Notes: generated from the sequence alone by a model not told the origin. A stretch of 64,000 nt of DNA from an uncultured Eubacteriales bacterium (GCA_934401725.1 CAKRSS010000002.1:1-64000); one strand, 5' to 3'. Shown: positions 16,210 to 25,974, counted from the first letter of the stretch. Made by a program: numbers and translations.

Positions 16210-17039
16210 CTTATTGTCTCCTTCTTTTTAGACTTGATTGATTTTTTCGACCGTATGTCGCCGATCGAGCCTGCAAAGTTGACCAACATCAAAAGCACAA
16301 GTATCGCCACTATCATGAGCGTACACAACGCGTACATGCTGTACTTGACCTGATGCGCGGTCTGGTTGTAAATATAGAGCGGGAGTGTCTGGAAATCAGG
16401 GGAGCTGACGAAATGGCTGATGACGAAGTCGTCAAGTGACAGCGTAAAGCCCATCATAAGCCCCGAGATGATGCCGGGAACAACCTGCGGCAGTTCGATT
16501 TTGAAGAACGTCTGAAGCGGCGTACAGCCGAGATCGAGCGCGGCCTCGGAGAGGCTGCGATCCATCTGCTTGAAGCGCGGCAGCACCGACAGAATGACGT
16601 ACGGCAGGTTGAAGGTTGTGTGCGCGATAATCATTGTCGTGCGTCCGAGCACGCTGTCGCTCTTGAGCATGGCGCCAAGTGCCACGAACAGCAGCATCAT
16701 GGAAACGCCCGTCACGATGTCGGGGTTCATCATAGGGATGTTTGTCACCGACATGACGGCGCCGCGCAGGTGCTTTTTACGCATACGGTCGATACCGAAG
16801 GCGGCGAGCGTGCCGATGACGGTCGCAAGCAGCGATGACGTCACTGCCAGAAACAGCGAATTCTTAAGCGATGAAAAGGCGCGTGCGTCGCGAAACAGCT
16901 CGCCGTACCAGTAAAAAGAGAACTGCGAGTAGTTGTTGACGTCGCCTGCGCGGTTGAACGAGAACACAACGAGGACGATGATCGGCGCATAAAGCAGCAC
17001 GAACACCAGCCACATGTAGATTTTCGAAAGAACCTTCAT
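16206..17039 (-). CDS. potC: spermidine/putrescine ABC transporter permease
   Basis: 277 aa ABC permease with an EAA loop region. It overlaps potB and potD. Confidence 0.85.
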   Translation of the reverse strand: MKVLSKIYMWLVFVLLYAPIIVLVVFSFNRAGDVNNYSQFSFYWYGELFRDARAFSSLKNSLFLAVTSSLLATVIGTLAAFGIDRMRKKHLRGAVMSVTNIPMMNPDIVTGVSMMLLFVALGAMLKSDSVLGRTTMIIAHTTFNLPYVILSVLPRFKQMDRSLSEAALDLGCTPLQTFFKIELPQVVPGIISGLMMGFTLSLDDFVISHFVSSPDFQTLPLYIYNQTAHQVKYSMYALCTLMIVAILVLLMLVNFAGSIGDIRSKKSIKSKKKETIS

Positions 17040-17902
17040 ACCACAAGTCCTCCTTCGCTGTCGGAGAACTTATTCATAATCGCCACCGAGATGAGGATAA
17101 GCACCATCATGACCAGCGATATTGCCGCGCCGGTGTTGTAGGTCAGCTGATTCTGGAACTGGCGCTCGATTGTGTCGCCGATAAGGTCGAACGAGCCGCC
17201 GCCCAGCTTCTGCGAAATGTAGAAGGTGCTGATTGAGGGGACGAACACCATGGTAATCCCGGATATTATGCCCGGAACCGAGAGCGGGAGTATGACCTTG
17301 GTCAGAACCTGAAAGCGGTTGCAGCCGAGGTCGTGCGCCGCTTCGATATAGCGCTTGTCGAGCTTTGAGATAACGGTGTAAATGGGGAGCACCATGTAAG
17401 GCAGGAAGTCGTATATCATACCGAGAATGACCGCGCCGCCGGTGCCGATGAACTTTATCTTCGGCAGGCCGAGGTGCCCGAGCAGTGTGTTGATGAGCCC
17501 GCCGTTGTCAAGAAGCGCCATCAGCGAATAGGTGCGTATGAGCAGGCTTATCCACATGGGGAGCATGAGCACCACGACGAGTATACGCTGTGTGCGCGGT
17601 GAGGTGTGCGCCATGAAGTAGGCCAACGGGTAGCCGATGAGAAGGCAGATGACCGTTGCCACAAAAGCAAAACTGACGGAAAGAACGAAAATGTGCGTGT
17701 AGTTCGTGAGCGAGCCGATGTTTGCCAGCGTGAAGTTTCCGTCGTAATCAGTGAATGCAAAGTAGGCGACTATCATGAGCGGCGCGATTATGAACATAAC
17801 CGACCACACGATATGCGGCACCGCCGCGGCGCGCTCAAGCCATGAGCGGTAGCTTGTTTTGCTCTGCATAGTCAGTCCTCCGTGACCGATTCCGGCTCGC
17901 AT
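17036..17902 (-). CDS. potB: spermidine/putrescine ABC transporter permease
   Basis: 288 aa ABC permease with an EAA motif (IEAAHDLGC). Confidence 0.85.
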   Translation of the reverse strand: MRAGIGHGGLTMQSKTSYRSWLERAAAVPHIVWSVMFIIAPLMIVAYFAFTDYDGNFTLANIGSLTNYTHIFVLSVSFAFVATVICLLIGYPLAYFMAHTSPRTQRILVVVLMLPMWISLLIRTYSLMALLDNGGLINTLLGHLGLPKIKFIGTGGAVILGMIYDFLPYMVLPIYTVISKLDKRYIEAAHDLGCNRFQVLTKVILPLSVPGIISGITMVFVPSISTFYISQKLGGGSFDLIGDTIERQFQNQLTYNTGAAISLVMMVLILISVAIMNKFSDSEGGLVV

Positions 17903-19011
17903 GCCTCGGGGTCGGAGAGACGATCCATTTCTTCACTGAAGGTCGAATAGTCGCCGAACATGTCGGAGAACTTGGACTTTTCCATTACGTGAATGGCGTC
18001 GGGCTCTATGTATATACCGATGGTGTCGCCGGGGGCGACGTAATCCGTCGACTGTATCATCCACTTGAAGCCGCAGACGTCGACGATAATCTCGTAATGG
18101 ACGCCCTTGAATGTGACTGATGTGACACAGCCCGTCAGCATACCCTTGTCGACGGGGACGACGTCGACATCCTCGGGACGGATGACTATGTCAACAGGCT
18201 GGTTTTTCTCGAAGCCGCTGTCGACGCAGGGGAAGACATGCCCCGCAAACTTAGCGCGGTAATCCTCGGGCACCGTGCCGTCGAGGATATTGCTCTCGCC
18301 GATAAAGTCGGCGACGAAGGCATTGACAGGCTCGTTGTATATGTCGACCGGAGTGCCGATCTGCTGAATGCGTCCCTCTGCCATGACTACCACGGTGTCT
18401 GACATCGAGAGCGCCTCCTCCTGGTCGTGTGTAACGTAAACGAAGGTTATACCGGTTTGTTGCTGAATGTTCTTGAGCTCGTTCTGCATGTCTTTTCGCA
18501 GCTTGAGGTCGAGAGCCGCCAGCGGCTCGTCGAGCAGCAATACCTTGGGGTTGTTGACAAGTGCGCGTGCTATTGCTACCCGCTGCTGCTGACCGCCCGA
18601 GAGCGTGTCAACCTTTCGCTTCTCAAATCCCTTGAGGTTCACAAGACTAAGCATTTCCTTGACCTTCCTCCGGACTGTCGGCTCGTCCATTTTTTTGACG
18701 CGCAGACCGAAGGCGATATTCTCAAACACATTGAGGTGAGGGAACAGGGCATACCGCTGAAAAACAGTGTTTACCTGCCGATTGCATGGCGGCAGGTCGT
18801 TGATCCTCTTGCCGTCAAAAAAGACCTCTCCGGCATCCGGCGTTTCAAAGCCGCCGAGAATGCGGAGCGTTGTGGTCTTGCCACAGCCCGAGGGCCCGAG
18901 CAGAGTTATAAACTCCTTGTCGTGAATATCGAGATCGATGTTGTCAAGAACAGTCTCTCCATCAAACGACTTACAGATACCCTGTAAATGTATGAGTACC
19001 GTCTCCTTCAT
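17872..19011 (-). CDS. potA: spermidine/putrescine ABC transporter ATP-binding protein
   Basis: Walker A (GPSGCGKTT), signature LSGGQQQRV, Walker B, and a C-terminal TOBE-like domain. Confidence 0.9.
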   Translation of the reverse strand: MKETVLIHLQGICKSFDGETVLDNIDLDIHDKEFITLLGPSGCGKTTTLRILGGFETPDAGEVFFDGKRINDLPPCNRQVNTVFQRYALFPHLNVFENIAFGLRVKKMDEPTVRRKVKEMLSLVNLKGFEKRKVDTLSGGQQQRVAIARALVNNPKVLLLDEPLAALDLKLRKDMQNELKNIQQQTGITFVYVTHDQEEALSMSDTVVVMAEGRIQQIGTPVDIYNEPVNAFVADFIGESNILDGTVPEDYRAKFAGHVFPCVDSGFEKNQPVDIVIRPEDVDVVPVDKGMLTGCVTSVTFKGVHYEIIVDVCGFKWMIQSTDYVAPGDTIGIYIEPDAIHVMEKSKFSDMFGDYSTFSEEMDRLSDPEACEPESVTED

Positions 19012-19173
19012 TACACATAAAAACTCCTCTGAATAAATAAAATTCGGTTACCTTATGACGGACAAACAGAAAAACGGATATATGCCCCTCCGTCACAGAT
19101 ACCCTACGTAACATTATAACAGAAAACGCCGAAAATGCAATATATTTTTTCAAAAAAATCCGCACAAAACGAC

Positions 19174-19770
19174 TTATTTTTCGAAGGCGTCCGCTCCGAG
19201 AAAAAGCTGGGCGAACAGCGCCGAGGAAAAGACGAAAAGCGCGAGCGAGCTGCCGAGCCGCAGCATGAGGTAGACCGACGTCCCCCACAGCAAAAGCACG
19301 CACAAAAACGACAGCACGCGCAGTATGCGTTCTGCCGTGAAAACGCCTATCATGGGCGCTGCTATGCACATGAAAATTCGCCCGCCGTCGAAGCTCTGCA
19401 CAGGCAGGAGATTCAGCGCGGCGAGAAAGAGACTGGCGACACCGAAAAAAAGGGCGCTCTGTGCGGCGCATCGACTGAATATGTATAGCGCCGCACCGCC
19501 GGTGACTATGTTTGTGAGCGGCCCCGACAGCGACAGAAGCAGCTCTTTTCGATAAGAATAAAGCGGTAGCGAGAGCCCGAGCCGCGCACCGAGCAGCCCG
19601 AGCGAAAAGCTGTCGAGGCGCATACGCAGCGCCAGTGCGGCGACGACATGTCCCGCCTCGTGGACAGCCGCCGCCATAACCGCAATCAGAGCATATCCGG
19701 TGCTGTCGCCGAAGAGCAGTATCAACAGCATCAGTACCCCGAATATGCTTATTCTCAGCTTCAGTTTCAA
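19174..19770 (-). CDS. M50 family (site-2 protease) membrane metallopeptidase, SpoIVFB-like
   Basis: HEAGHVVAA inside a TM helix. 198 aa. It lies downstream of an M23 peptidase in the same operon, as in spoIVFA-spoIVFB. Confidence 0.55.
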   Translation of the reverse strand: MKLKLRISIFGVLMLLILLFGDSTGYALIAVMAAAVHEAGHVVAALALRMRLDSFSLGLLGARLGLSLPLYSYRKELLLSLSGPLTNIVTGGAALYIFSRCAAQSALFFGVASLFLAALNLLPVQSFDGGRIFMCIAAPMIGVFTAERILRVLSFLCVLLLWGTSVYLMLRLGSSLALFVFSSALFAQLFLGADAFEK

Positions 19771-20390
19771 TTCGGCACCCCGGCATAGACGCTGCCGACA
19801 TACTCAAACGGATCGACGACCTGCCCGTCGACGCGTATCTCAAAATGCAGGTGCGGGCCTGTGGCGCGCCCGGTCGCGCCCGCGACGGCTATGCTGTCGC
19901 CCGCATGCACGGCGTCGCCATCGACGGCGAGAATTTCGGCGCAGTGGGCATAGAGCGAAACGTAGTCTCCGTGGTCAATCATAAGGTAGTTTCCGTAGCC
20001 GGCGCTGCTGCCGGTGAAGCAGACGACTCCGTCGGCACAGGCGCGTATGTCGCGGCTGTGAGCGGCTGAAATGTCGATGCCGCGGTGAAATTCGGTGTCG
20101 GCCTCGCCGCCGACTGCGGCGTTGAAGAAGGGATCGTCGCGCCATGCAAATCCGGAGGTGATCCGCCCGTCGAGCGGGAAGATTATGCGGGGGAGATTAA
20201 ACGAGGCCTCGCTTTCTTCGGTCGTGGCAGGGAGTGTTTCGGGCGGGCGCGGGTTTCTGACACTGTCCGCCGTCTCGGGCGCTCCGAGGACGCGCGGGAC
20301 GGCTGTCACAAAGCAGACGACTATCGTCAGTATCGCACATACCGCGAGCAACGCCGGGAGAAAATTGTTATCGGATGATTTGGTATTCAT
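19767..20390 (-). CDS. M23/LytM family peptidase with an N-terminal TM anchor, SpoIVFA-like
   Basis: HRGIDI...DGDAV...HLHFEI catalytic motifs. N-terminal TM helix. Translationally coupled to the downstream M50 protease. Confidence 0.55.
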   Translation of the reverse strand: MNTKSSDNNFLPALLAVCAILTIVVCFVTAVPRVLGAPETADSVRNPRPPETLPATTEESEASFNLPRIIFPLDGRITSGFAWRDDPFFNAAVGGEADTEFHRGIDISAAHSRDIRACADGVVCFTGSSAGYGNYLMIDHGDYVSLYAHCAEILAVDGDAVHAGDSIAVAGATGRATGPHLHFEIRVDGQVVDPFEYVGSVYAGVPN

Positions 20391-20465
20391 ATCATTGTTA
20401 CTCCTTGGATAATTGGGAACGTATCTATTTATATGCTATCCGCAGCATTTTCATACCGCGGGATA

Positions 20466-20494
20466 TTGTCAAAGCTATGCTTTTATGGTACAAT
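20466..20494 (+). promoter_or_regulatory. candidate sigma-A promoter reading into repeat copy A and the HAD gene
   Basis: TTGTCA, 17-nt spacer, TACAAT. Confidence 0.4.
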
Positions 20495-20500
20495 AGCTTT

Positions 20501-20646
20501 AAGGCATCACCGCGCAATGCCCGAGTGGGCACACTTGACGGGCATTTTTCCGTAATATTTCAAAAAAATTCTTTGCGAATTTTTGTTTCATCTGACGAAA
20601 AATCTGACTGCGCAATTGCGCAATCGGAATTACGCGGTGAAGCCTT
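20501..20646 (+). repeat. copy A of a TIR-bounded intergenic repeat family (146 bp)
   Basis: Ends AAGGCATCACCGCG ... CGCGGTGAAGCCTT form a 13/14 inverted repeat, with an internal perfect palindrome GCGCAATTGCGC. It is about 85% identical to the reverse complement of 62769-62934, and both of its ends are present in 36813-36875. Confidence 0.8.
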
Positions 20647-20652
20647 GATAGA

Positions 20653-21303
20653 ATGAAAGGCTTTGATGCAATGAAGGACATTGAATGGATATTTTTTGAC
20701 ATGGGTTACACACTCGTAAACGAGGACGCCGCTCATGAGCGCCGCATAACCATCGCGCTCGAGCGCCTGGCAAAGCTCGGTGTGCACGACGTTACGCGTG
20801 AGCAGTTTTGGCGCGCGGCGCGGAAATTCGGTTCGCAGGGCGAAGCGCCGTTTCCGGCAGCGGCACGGCATTTCGGACTCAAAAAGATGCCGCACTACAC
20901 CAATGACGGCGAGGTCGCCTATCCCGACTCGCGCGAGGCGCTGTGGCGGCTCCGGTCGCACTGTAAGCTCGGAATAATCGCAAATCAACCGCTCGGCTCT
21001 GCGCATCGGCTGACACTCTACGGCCTCGGCGACTGCTTTGACGCACTGTTTCCGTCGGCCGAGGTCGGAATCGAAAAGCCGGACACCGGGCTTTACATTG
21101 CGGCGCTACGCGGAGTCGACTGCGAGCCCTCTCACGCACTGATGGTCGGCGACCGGCCGGACAACGACATAGTCCCGGCGCACGAGGTCGGTATGCGGAC
21201 GGCGCGTATACTGCGCGGCTTTTACCGCGGCATGGCCGATTTGACGCCCCCTGATGTAACAGTGAACAGCCTTGATGAGCTTGCCGTTTATTTCCACTGT
21301 TGA
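20653..21303 (+). CDS. HAD-superfamily hydrolase (subfamily IA)
   Basis: Motif I (IFFDMGYTL) and C-terminal GDRPDND. Confidence 0.7.
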   Translation: MKGFDAMKDIEWIFFDMGYTLVNEDAAHERRITIALERLAKLGVHDVTREQFWRAARKFGSQGEAPFPAAARHFGLKKMPHYTNDGEVAYPDSREALWRLRSHCKLGIIANQPLGSAHRLTLYGLGDCFDALFPSAEVGIEKPDTGLYIAALRGVDCEPSHALMVGDRPDNDIVPAHEVGMRTARILRGFYRGMADLTPPDVTVNSLDELAVYFHC

Positions 21304-21405
21304 ATTCACGAAAAATTATTTTGGAATGGTATTGACAATCACGTGACCGTATTGTATAATAATATCAGTGAAGTCCGGATGAAGATCCAAAGGAGGGGAG
21401 AATAA

Positions 21406-21984
21406 GTGGAGATACAGTTATCCAACAACGAATGTATTCCGGGTACGGTACTTAACCGCAAAAAGATGGGCGATGTTACGGGCCTTGAATTTCTGCGCAA
21501 GATATTTTATATCACCGACGGAATAATGCTGAACCAGATACGCGAAATTTCAGGTATTGACGGCACCACGCTCCAGAATTGGACAAAGCGCGGCTGGGTG
21601 GAGAATTCCAAGCTCAAGCGCTACAATATCGACCAGCTGGCGCATATACTTATTATCAATATGCTGCGTTCATGTATGCGGCTGGACAGAATCGCTTTCA
21701 TCATCCGCTATGTAAACGGCGACGTTAACACAGTTGAGGACAACATAATAAGCGATTCGGAACTGTACGATTACATCTGTCTGATACTCGACAAAATGGT
21801 GTCCTATGGAGCAGGCGGCACGCTGCGCAACTGCATCGCGGAGACCACCGAGGCGTACTGTGAGAAGGTCAGCGGCGCGCGCCGCAGGCTCAACACCGCG
21901 CTCGAGATAATACTGACGGCGTATTATGCGTCGCTCATAAAGCAGAATGCCGACAATATGCTTGAACAGCTGTACAACGCGTAA
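21406..21984 (+). CDS. hypothetical protein, DUF1836-like, with a possible N-terminal HTH
   Basis: 192 aa. GTG start after AGGAGG. Resembles the small Firmicutes DUF1836 family by recall. First gene of the NfeD-flotillin operon. Confidence 0.4.
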   Translation: MEIQLSNNECIPGTVLNRKKMGDVTGLEFLRKIFYITDGIMLNQIREISGIDGTTLQNWTKRGWVENSKLKRYNIDQLAHILIINMLRSCMRLDRIAFIIRYVNGDVNTVEDNIISDSELYDYICLILDKMVSYGAGGTLRNCIAETTEAYCEKVSGARRRLNTALEIILTAYYASLIKQNADNMLEQLYNA

Positions 21985-22017
21985 TTGTCGAGTCTTATTA
22001 GGAAAGGAACGATCATT

Positions 22018-22659
22018 ATGATAAACTGGTGGAACTCACTTGATCTGACACAGCAGATATTCGCCTGCATTGCCATACCGTCAACGCTCATTCTGCTGAT
22101 ACAGACCATTCTTCTGCTTATTGGTGTCGGCGGCGGCTCTGACGGAGACGCAGACGCCGATCTTGACGGCGACGGCATCCCCGACGGCGAGGGCGACGGA
22201 GCCGGTGACGGCGGTGACGACGGTCTTGCGCTGTTCTCGGTCCGCGGCATCATGTCCATGCTTGCGGTTATGGGCTGGAGCGCGATGGCGCTGCTTGAAA
22301 CTCCGCTTCCGGGATTTGTTTCGATACTTATTTCGGTGGCGCTCGGCGTTGCGATGCTGTTCCTCATGGCTTATGTCATGAAGCTGATATATAAATTGCA
22401 GAATTCGGGTAACATAGAACTTGGAAACGCCGTCGGCAAAATGGCGCAGGTCTACATTCCGATACCGCCCAAGGGAACGGGCTCCGGCAAGGTGCATGTG
22501 ACAATACAGGAGCAGTATTGCGAGTTTGGCGCGATAACCACCGCCGGAACAAAAATAAAAACAGGTTCATACGTCCGTGTCGTCGCGGTCGATGAGACGG
22601 GAATGCTCGTGGTCGAGCCGCTGTGCGGCGACGCGGAGGAAAACGGAGAAAACAAATGA
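22018..22659 (+). CDS. NfeD-like membrane protein (YuaF-type, C-terminal OB-fold) with an internal Asp/Gly-rich acidic tract
   Basis: TM helices, then GGGSDGDADADLDGDGIPDGEGDGAGDGGDDG, then more TM helices and a C-terminal beta-rich domain (GKVHVTIQEQ...VRVVAVDETGMLVVEP). It lies upstream of flotillin. Confidence 0.6.
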   Translation: MINWWNSLDLTQQIFACIAIPSTLILLIQTILLLIGVGGGSDGDADADLDGDGIPDGEGDGAGDGGDDGLALFSVRGIMSMLAVMGWSAMALLETPLPGFVSILISVALGVAMLFLMAYVMKLIYKLQNSGNIELGNAVGKMAQVYIPIPPKGTGSGKVHVTIQEQYCEFGAITTAGTKIKTGSYVRVVAVDETGMLVVEPLCGDAEENGENK

Positions 22660-23243
22660 AACCAACAAAAATGAAACCTACCGACGCGCTGGTGTATTTC
22701 ATATACATTCTTGTTGCGTGCATTCTCGGGCTTGCGCTGTCGTCGATAATTGCGCTGATAGTGTCGAGCATCTCGGGCGCGACCTACCTCGCGCTGGCCA
22801 TAGTGCGCACCTTCGTGTTCCTTGTGGCCGAGGGCGGAGCGCTGTTCTTCATCGGCAGCCGCGAGGGGTACAGAAGCGCCGAATTCGACTGGCGGCAGAA
22901 GTCGTACTCGTGGGCGATTGCCTGCGTCATACATTTCGCTGTGGGACTGGTCTCAAGCTTTGCGCCGGTGCTGTCCGGCGGCGTGCGGTATATGGCCGGG
23001 TGGATGTACCTCGGAAATGAATTCACCGCGCTGACCACGGTCCGCGGCGGTCTGTACGGTTACTGCGTGCTGACCTACTTCATTTACCTTGCAGTCAATA
23101 CGGCCTGCTTCACCGTTGCAAGCTATCTCGGTGCCGAGGCGCGCGTGCGCGACCGCGCCGAGCTGACGGCAAATCAGAAGCCGGATGAGCCGTCCACGCA
23201 GACGGCTGAGAGCCCGGTGACAGAAAACAAAAACAATTTTTAA
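22656..23243 (+). CDS. hypothetical polytopic membrane protein (unknown family) between nfeD and floT
   Basis: ATGA overlap with the nfeD stop. 4-5 predicted TM helices. No recognisable motifs. Confidence 0.4.
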   Translation: MKPTKMKPTDALVYFIYILVACILGLALSSIIALIVSSISGATYLALAIVRTFVFLVAEGGALFFIGSREGYRSAEFDWRQKSYSWAIACVIHFAVGLVSSFAPVLSGGVRYMAGWMYLGNEFTALTTVRGGLYGYCVLTYFIYLAVNTACFTVASYLGAEARVRDRAELTANQKPDEPSTQTAESPVTENKNNF

Positions 23244-23260
23244 GAAAGGAAAACATATCA

Positions 23261-24691
23261 ATGGAAAAGCTTTTCACTCTGGCCGAAGGCGGGATCAATC
23301 CCGCAGTGGTAGGTCTCATCTGCGTACTTGCCGTGATAGTGTTTACTATGCTTATTGTGGTGTTCTCACGCTACAAGAAGTGTCCTCCGGACAAAATCAT
23401 GGTCATCTACGGTAAGGTCGGCACCAACAAGGACGGCACACCGCGCTCCGCAAAGTGCATACACGGCGCGGCAGCGTTCATCGTCCCGGTGCTTCAGTCC
23501 TATGAGTACCTTGACCTGACGCCTCTGTCCATTCCCGTTGACCTTACCAACGCGCTGTCGCACCAGAACATCCGTGTCGACGTTCCCTCGAGATTTACGG
23601 TCGGTATTTCGACCGAGGTCGGGGTTATGCAGAACGCGGCCGAGCGTCTGCTCGGGCTCAAGCTGGTCGAGATTCAGGAGCTGGCCAAGGACATCATCTT
23701 CGGACAGCTGAGACTTGTCATCGCCACGATGGACATCGAGGAGATAAACACCGACCGTGATAAGTTCCTCGACGCCGTCTCCGGCAATGTGGAAACCGAG
23801 CTTAAAAAGATCGGTCTGCGCCTGATAAACGTTAACGTCACCGACATTAACGATGAGTCCGGCTACATTGCGGCGCTCGGTAAAGAGGCGGCCGCCAAGG
23901 CTATCAACGATGCAAAAATCTCCGTTGCAGAGGCCGACAGAGACGGTTCCATCGGCGCTGCAGAGGCTGAGCGCGAGCAGAGAATCCGCGTGTCCAAGTC
24001 CAACTCCGAGGCTATAACGGGTGAAAACGAATCCAAAGTCAAGATAGCCGAGTCTGAGGCAATCCGTCGTGAGCGCGAGGCTGAATCGCTCAAGCGCGCG
24101 ACCGCGGCCGAGAATATTCAGGCGGCGAAGGCGCAGGAGGAGTCCTACGCGGCTCAGCAAAGCGCCGAGCTTGCCCGTGCGTCGCTTGAGAAGGCCAAGC
24201 TCGAGGCCGACATCATCGTCAAGGCCGAAATCAAGAAGAAGGAGCTTGAGCTCCAGGCTGAGGCTCAGGCCGAGCAGACCAGACGGCAGGCTCGCGGTGA
24301 AGCCGACGCTATCCTCATGAAGATGAAGGCTGAGGCCGACGGTATGCGCGAGATGCTGACCAAGCAGGCCGAAGGTTTTGACCAGCTGGTCAAGGCCGCA
24401 GGCGGCGAGGCAAACGACGCTATCCGCTACATGGTAGCCGACAAGCTCGAGCAGCTGACCAAGATTCAGGTCGAAGCTATCAGCAACCTCAAGATAGACA
24501 AGATTACCGTCTGGGACGGCGCAAACAGCTCCGACGGTAAGACCACGACCGCAAACTTCCTTTCCGGAATAATGAAGTCCATCCCGCCTATGAACGAAAT
24601 ATTCAACATGGCCGGCATGCAGCTTCCCGAGTACCTCGGTAAGGAAAAGGAGCAGGGAAAGGCCGACGAGGGCGCGGCCGAAGATAAATAA
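23261..24691 (+). CDS. floT: flotillin (SPFH/band-7 domain, FloT/YuaG-like)
   Basis: N-terminal TM helix, SPFH domain, and a long EA-rich coiled coil (AEAEREQRI..., AQAEQTRRQARGEAD). Confidence 0.8.
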   Translation: MEKLFTLAEGGINPAVVGLICVLAVIVFTMLIVVFSRYKKCPPDKIMVIYGKVGTNKDGTPRSAKCIHGAAAFIVPVLQSYEYLDLTPLSIPVDLTNALSHQNIRVDVPSRFTVGISTEVGVMQNAAERLLGLKLVEIQELAKDIIFGQLRLVIATMDIEEINTDRDKFLDAVSGNVETELKKIGLRLINVNVTDINDESGYIAALGKEAAAKAINDAKISVAEADRDGSIGAAEAEREQRIRVSKSNSEAITGENESKVKIAESEAIRREREAESLKRATAAENIQAAKAQEESYAAQQSAELARASLEKAKLEADIIVKAEIKKKELELQAEAQAEQTRRQARGEADAILMKMKAEADGMREMLTKQAEGFDQLVKAAGGEANDAIRYMVADKLEQLTKIQVEAISNLKIDKITVWDGANSSDGKTTTANFLSGIMKSIPPMNEIFNMAGMQLPEYLGKEKEQGKADEGAAEDK

Positions 24692-24726
24692 ATAAGGCCG
24701 CGGCAATGTCCGCGACGGATTAACGG

Positions 24727-24766
24727 GAGTCACCGCGTTCTGCGGTGACTCCTTATCAATTTTTTC
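24727..24766 (+). terminator. intrinsic terminator after floT
   Basis: GGAGTCACCGCG ttc TGCGGTGACTCC followed by a T-rich tail. Confidence 0.55.
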
Positions 24767-24797
24767 AGTTTTTCGACGCCGAATAGTAAAATAGGTA

Positions 24798-24827
24798 TTG
24801 ACAAGCCCATATCTGTTGTGTTATAAT
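24798..24827 (+). promoter_or_regulatory. sigma-A promoter of the rplU operon
   Basis: TTGACA, 18-nt spacer, TGT-TATAAT (extended -10). Confidence 0.65.
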
Positions 24828-24834
24828 ATACTGC

Positions 24835-24905
24835 CGCATAATGTAGGCTCAAAGCGCCATTGGCCGCCTGCATCAGCGAGTCTTTATGAAAGCGAGGTGC
24901 TTTTC
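24835..24905 (+). ncRNA. rplU 5' leader (putative L21 ribosomal-protein leader)
   Basis: About 70 nt of structured leader lie between the promoter and the GTG start. The position matches the Firmicutes L21 leader. I cannot verify covariation. Confidence 0.35.
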
Positions 24906-25223
24906 GTGTTCGCAGTAATTGAAACCGGCGGAAAGCAGTACAAGGTCAACGAGGGCGACGTCATCTTCATCGAGAAGCTGGACGTTGCAGAGGGCGAAAC
25001 TGTTACATTTGACAATGTAAAGGCTCTGTCCCTGGGCGATTCCCTTGAAGTGGGTGCTCCCAATGTGGACGGTGCTGTTGTCAAAGCCAACGTGATCAAG
25101 AACGGCAAGGGTAAGAAGATCTATGTTCTGAAGTACAAGTCCAAGAAGAACGAGAAGAAGAAGATCGGTCACAGACAGCCCTATACCAAGGTTCAGATCC
25201 TGTCCATCGGCAAGAATGCCTGA
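24906..25223 (+). CDS. rplU: 50S ribosomal protein L21
   Basis: GTG start after [20 protein letters not shown] is the canonical L21 N-terminus. Confidence 0.95.
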   Translation: MFAVIETGGKQYKVNEGDVIFIEKLDVAEGETVTFDNVKALSLGDSLEVGAPNVDGAVVKANVIKNGKGKKIYVLKYKSKKNEKKKIGHRQPYTKVQILSIGKNA

Positions 25224-25240
25224 GCCCCGGGGAGACAACG

Positions 25241-25600
25241 ATGACTAAAATAAGGTTTTTCCGGACAGGCGGTGTGTTTTACGGCTTCGAGGAGCAGGGA
25301 CACAGCGGTTACGGCGAGGCGGGAGACGATGTTCTGTGCGCCGCGCTGTCAGCCATGACTATGCTCATAGTCAACACTGTGGAGATTGCCTACGCCTCCG
25401 ATGTCGAGTACACCGTTGACGAGGGTGCAACGCGCATCTGCGTCCGTTCGAAGGCGGCTCTGCCCGAATTCGAAGAGGACGAGAAAAAGCGGTACGCCGT
25501 TTCCGGAGTGTTCATGGCCTATTATTATCAGCTTAATGATATGGTCGAGGAATACTACGATTACCTTGAGATCGAAGTTGTCGACAGGGATTACCAATGA
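25241..25600 (+). CDS. prp: ribosomal-processing cysteine protease Prp
   Basis: 119 aa lying between rplU and rpmA. Conserved His/Cys context ([18 protein letters not shown]). Confidence 0.85.
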   Translation: MTKIRFFRTGGVFYGFEEQGHSGYGEAGDDVLCAALSAMTMLIVNTVEIAYASDVEYTVDEGATRICVRSKAALPEFEEDEKKRYAVSGVFMAYYYQLNDMVEEYYDYLEIEVVDRDYQ

Positions 25601-25649
25601 CCGTATCAGAAACGACAGCATTTATCTATTAATTACGGAGGAAATAACG

Positions 25650-25928
25650 ATGTTCAGAATCAGTTTGCAGTTCTTCGCTCACAAAAAGGGCGTCGGCTCC
25701 ACCAAGAACGGCCGCGACAGTGAGTCAAAGCGTCTTGGCGTCAAGAAGGCTGACGGACAGGGCGTTGTTGCCGGAAATATCATAGTAAGACAGAGAGGAA
25801 CCGCCATCTGGCCCGGTAACAATGTTGGTATCGGCAAGGATCACACCCTCTTTGCTCTGATTGACGGCACAGTCAAGTTCGAGCACAAGACCAAGGACAA
25901 GAAGCAGGTCAGCGTATACGCTGAGTAA
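25650..25928 (+). CDS. rpmA: 50S ribosomal protein L27 with an N-terminal propeptide
   Basis: MFRISLQFF|[15 protein letters not shown]. The FAHKKG cleavage motif matches a Prp substrate. Confidence 0.95.
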   Translation: MFRISLQFFAHKKGVGSTKNGRDSESKRLGVKKADGQGVVAGNIIVRQRGTAIWPGNNVGIGKDHTLFALIDGTVKFEHKTKDKKQVSVYAE

Positions 25929-25937
25929 CTTTCAAAA

Positions 25938-25974
25938 ATATCCGCCGCGCTTCGGTGCGGCGGATATTTTTTTG
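25938..25974 (+). terminator. intrinsic terminator after rpmA
   Basis: ATATCCGCCGCGC ttcg GTGCGGCGGATAT followed by TTTTTTT. Confidence 0.85.

Noticed and set aside
15214-16353. 379-aa ORF on the plus strand, antisense to potD/potC
   Set aside because: High-GC antisense artefact. No RBS, and it overlaps two well-supported genes.
23366-24733. 455-aa ORF antisense to the flotillin gene
   Set aside because: It mirrors the EA-rich coiled-coil codons of floT (giving L/G-rich low complexity) and is not an independent gene.
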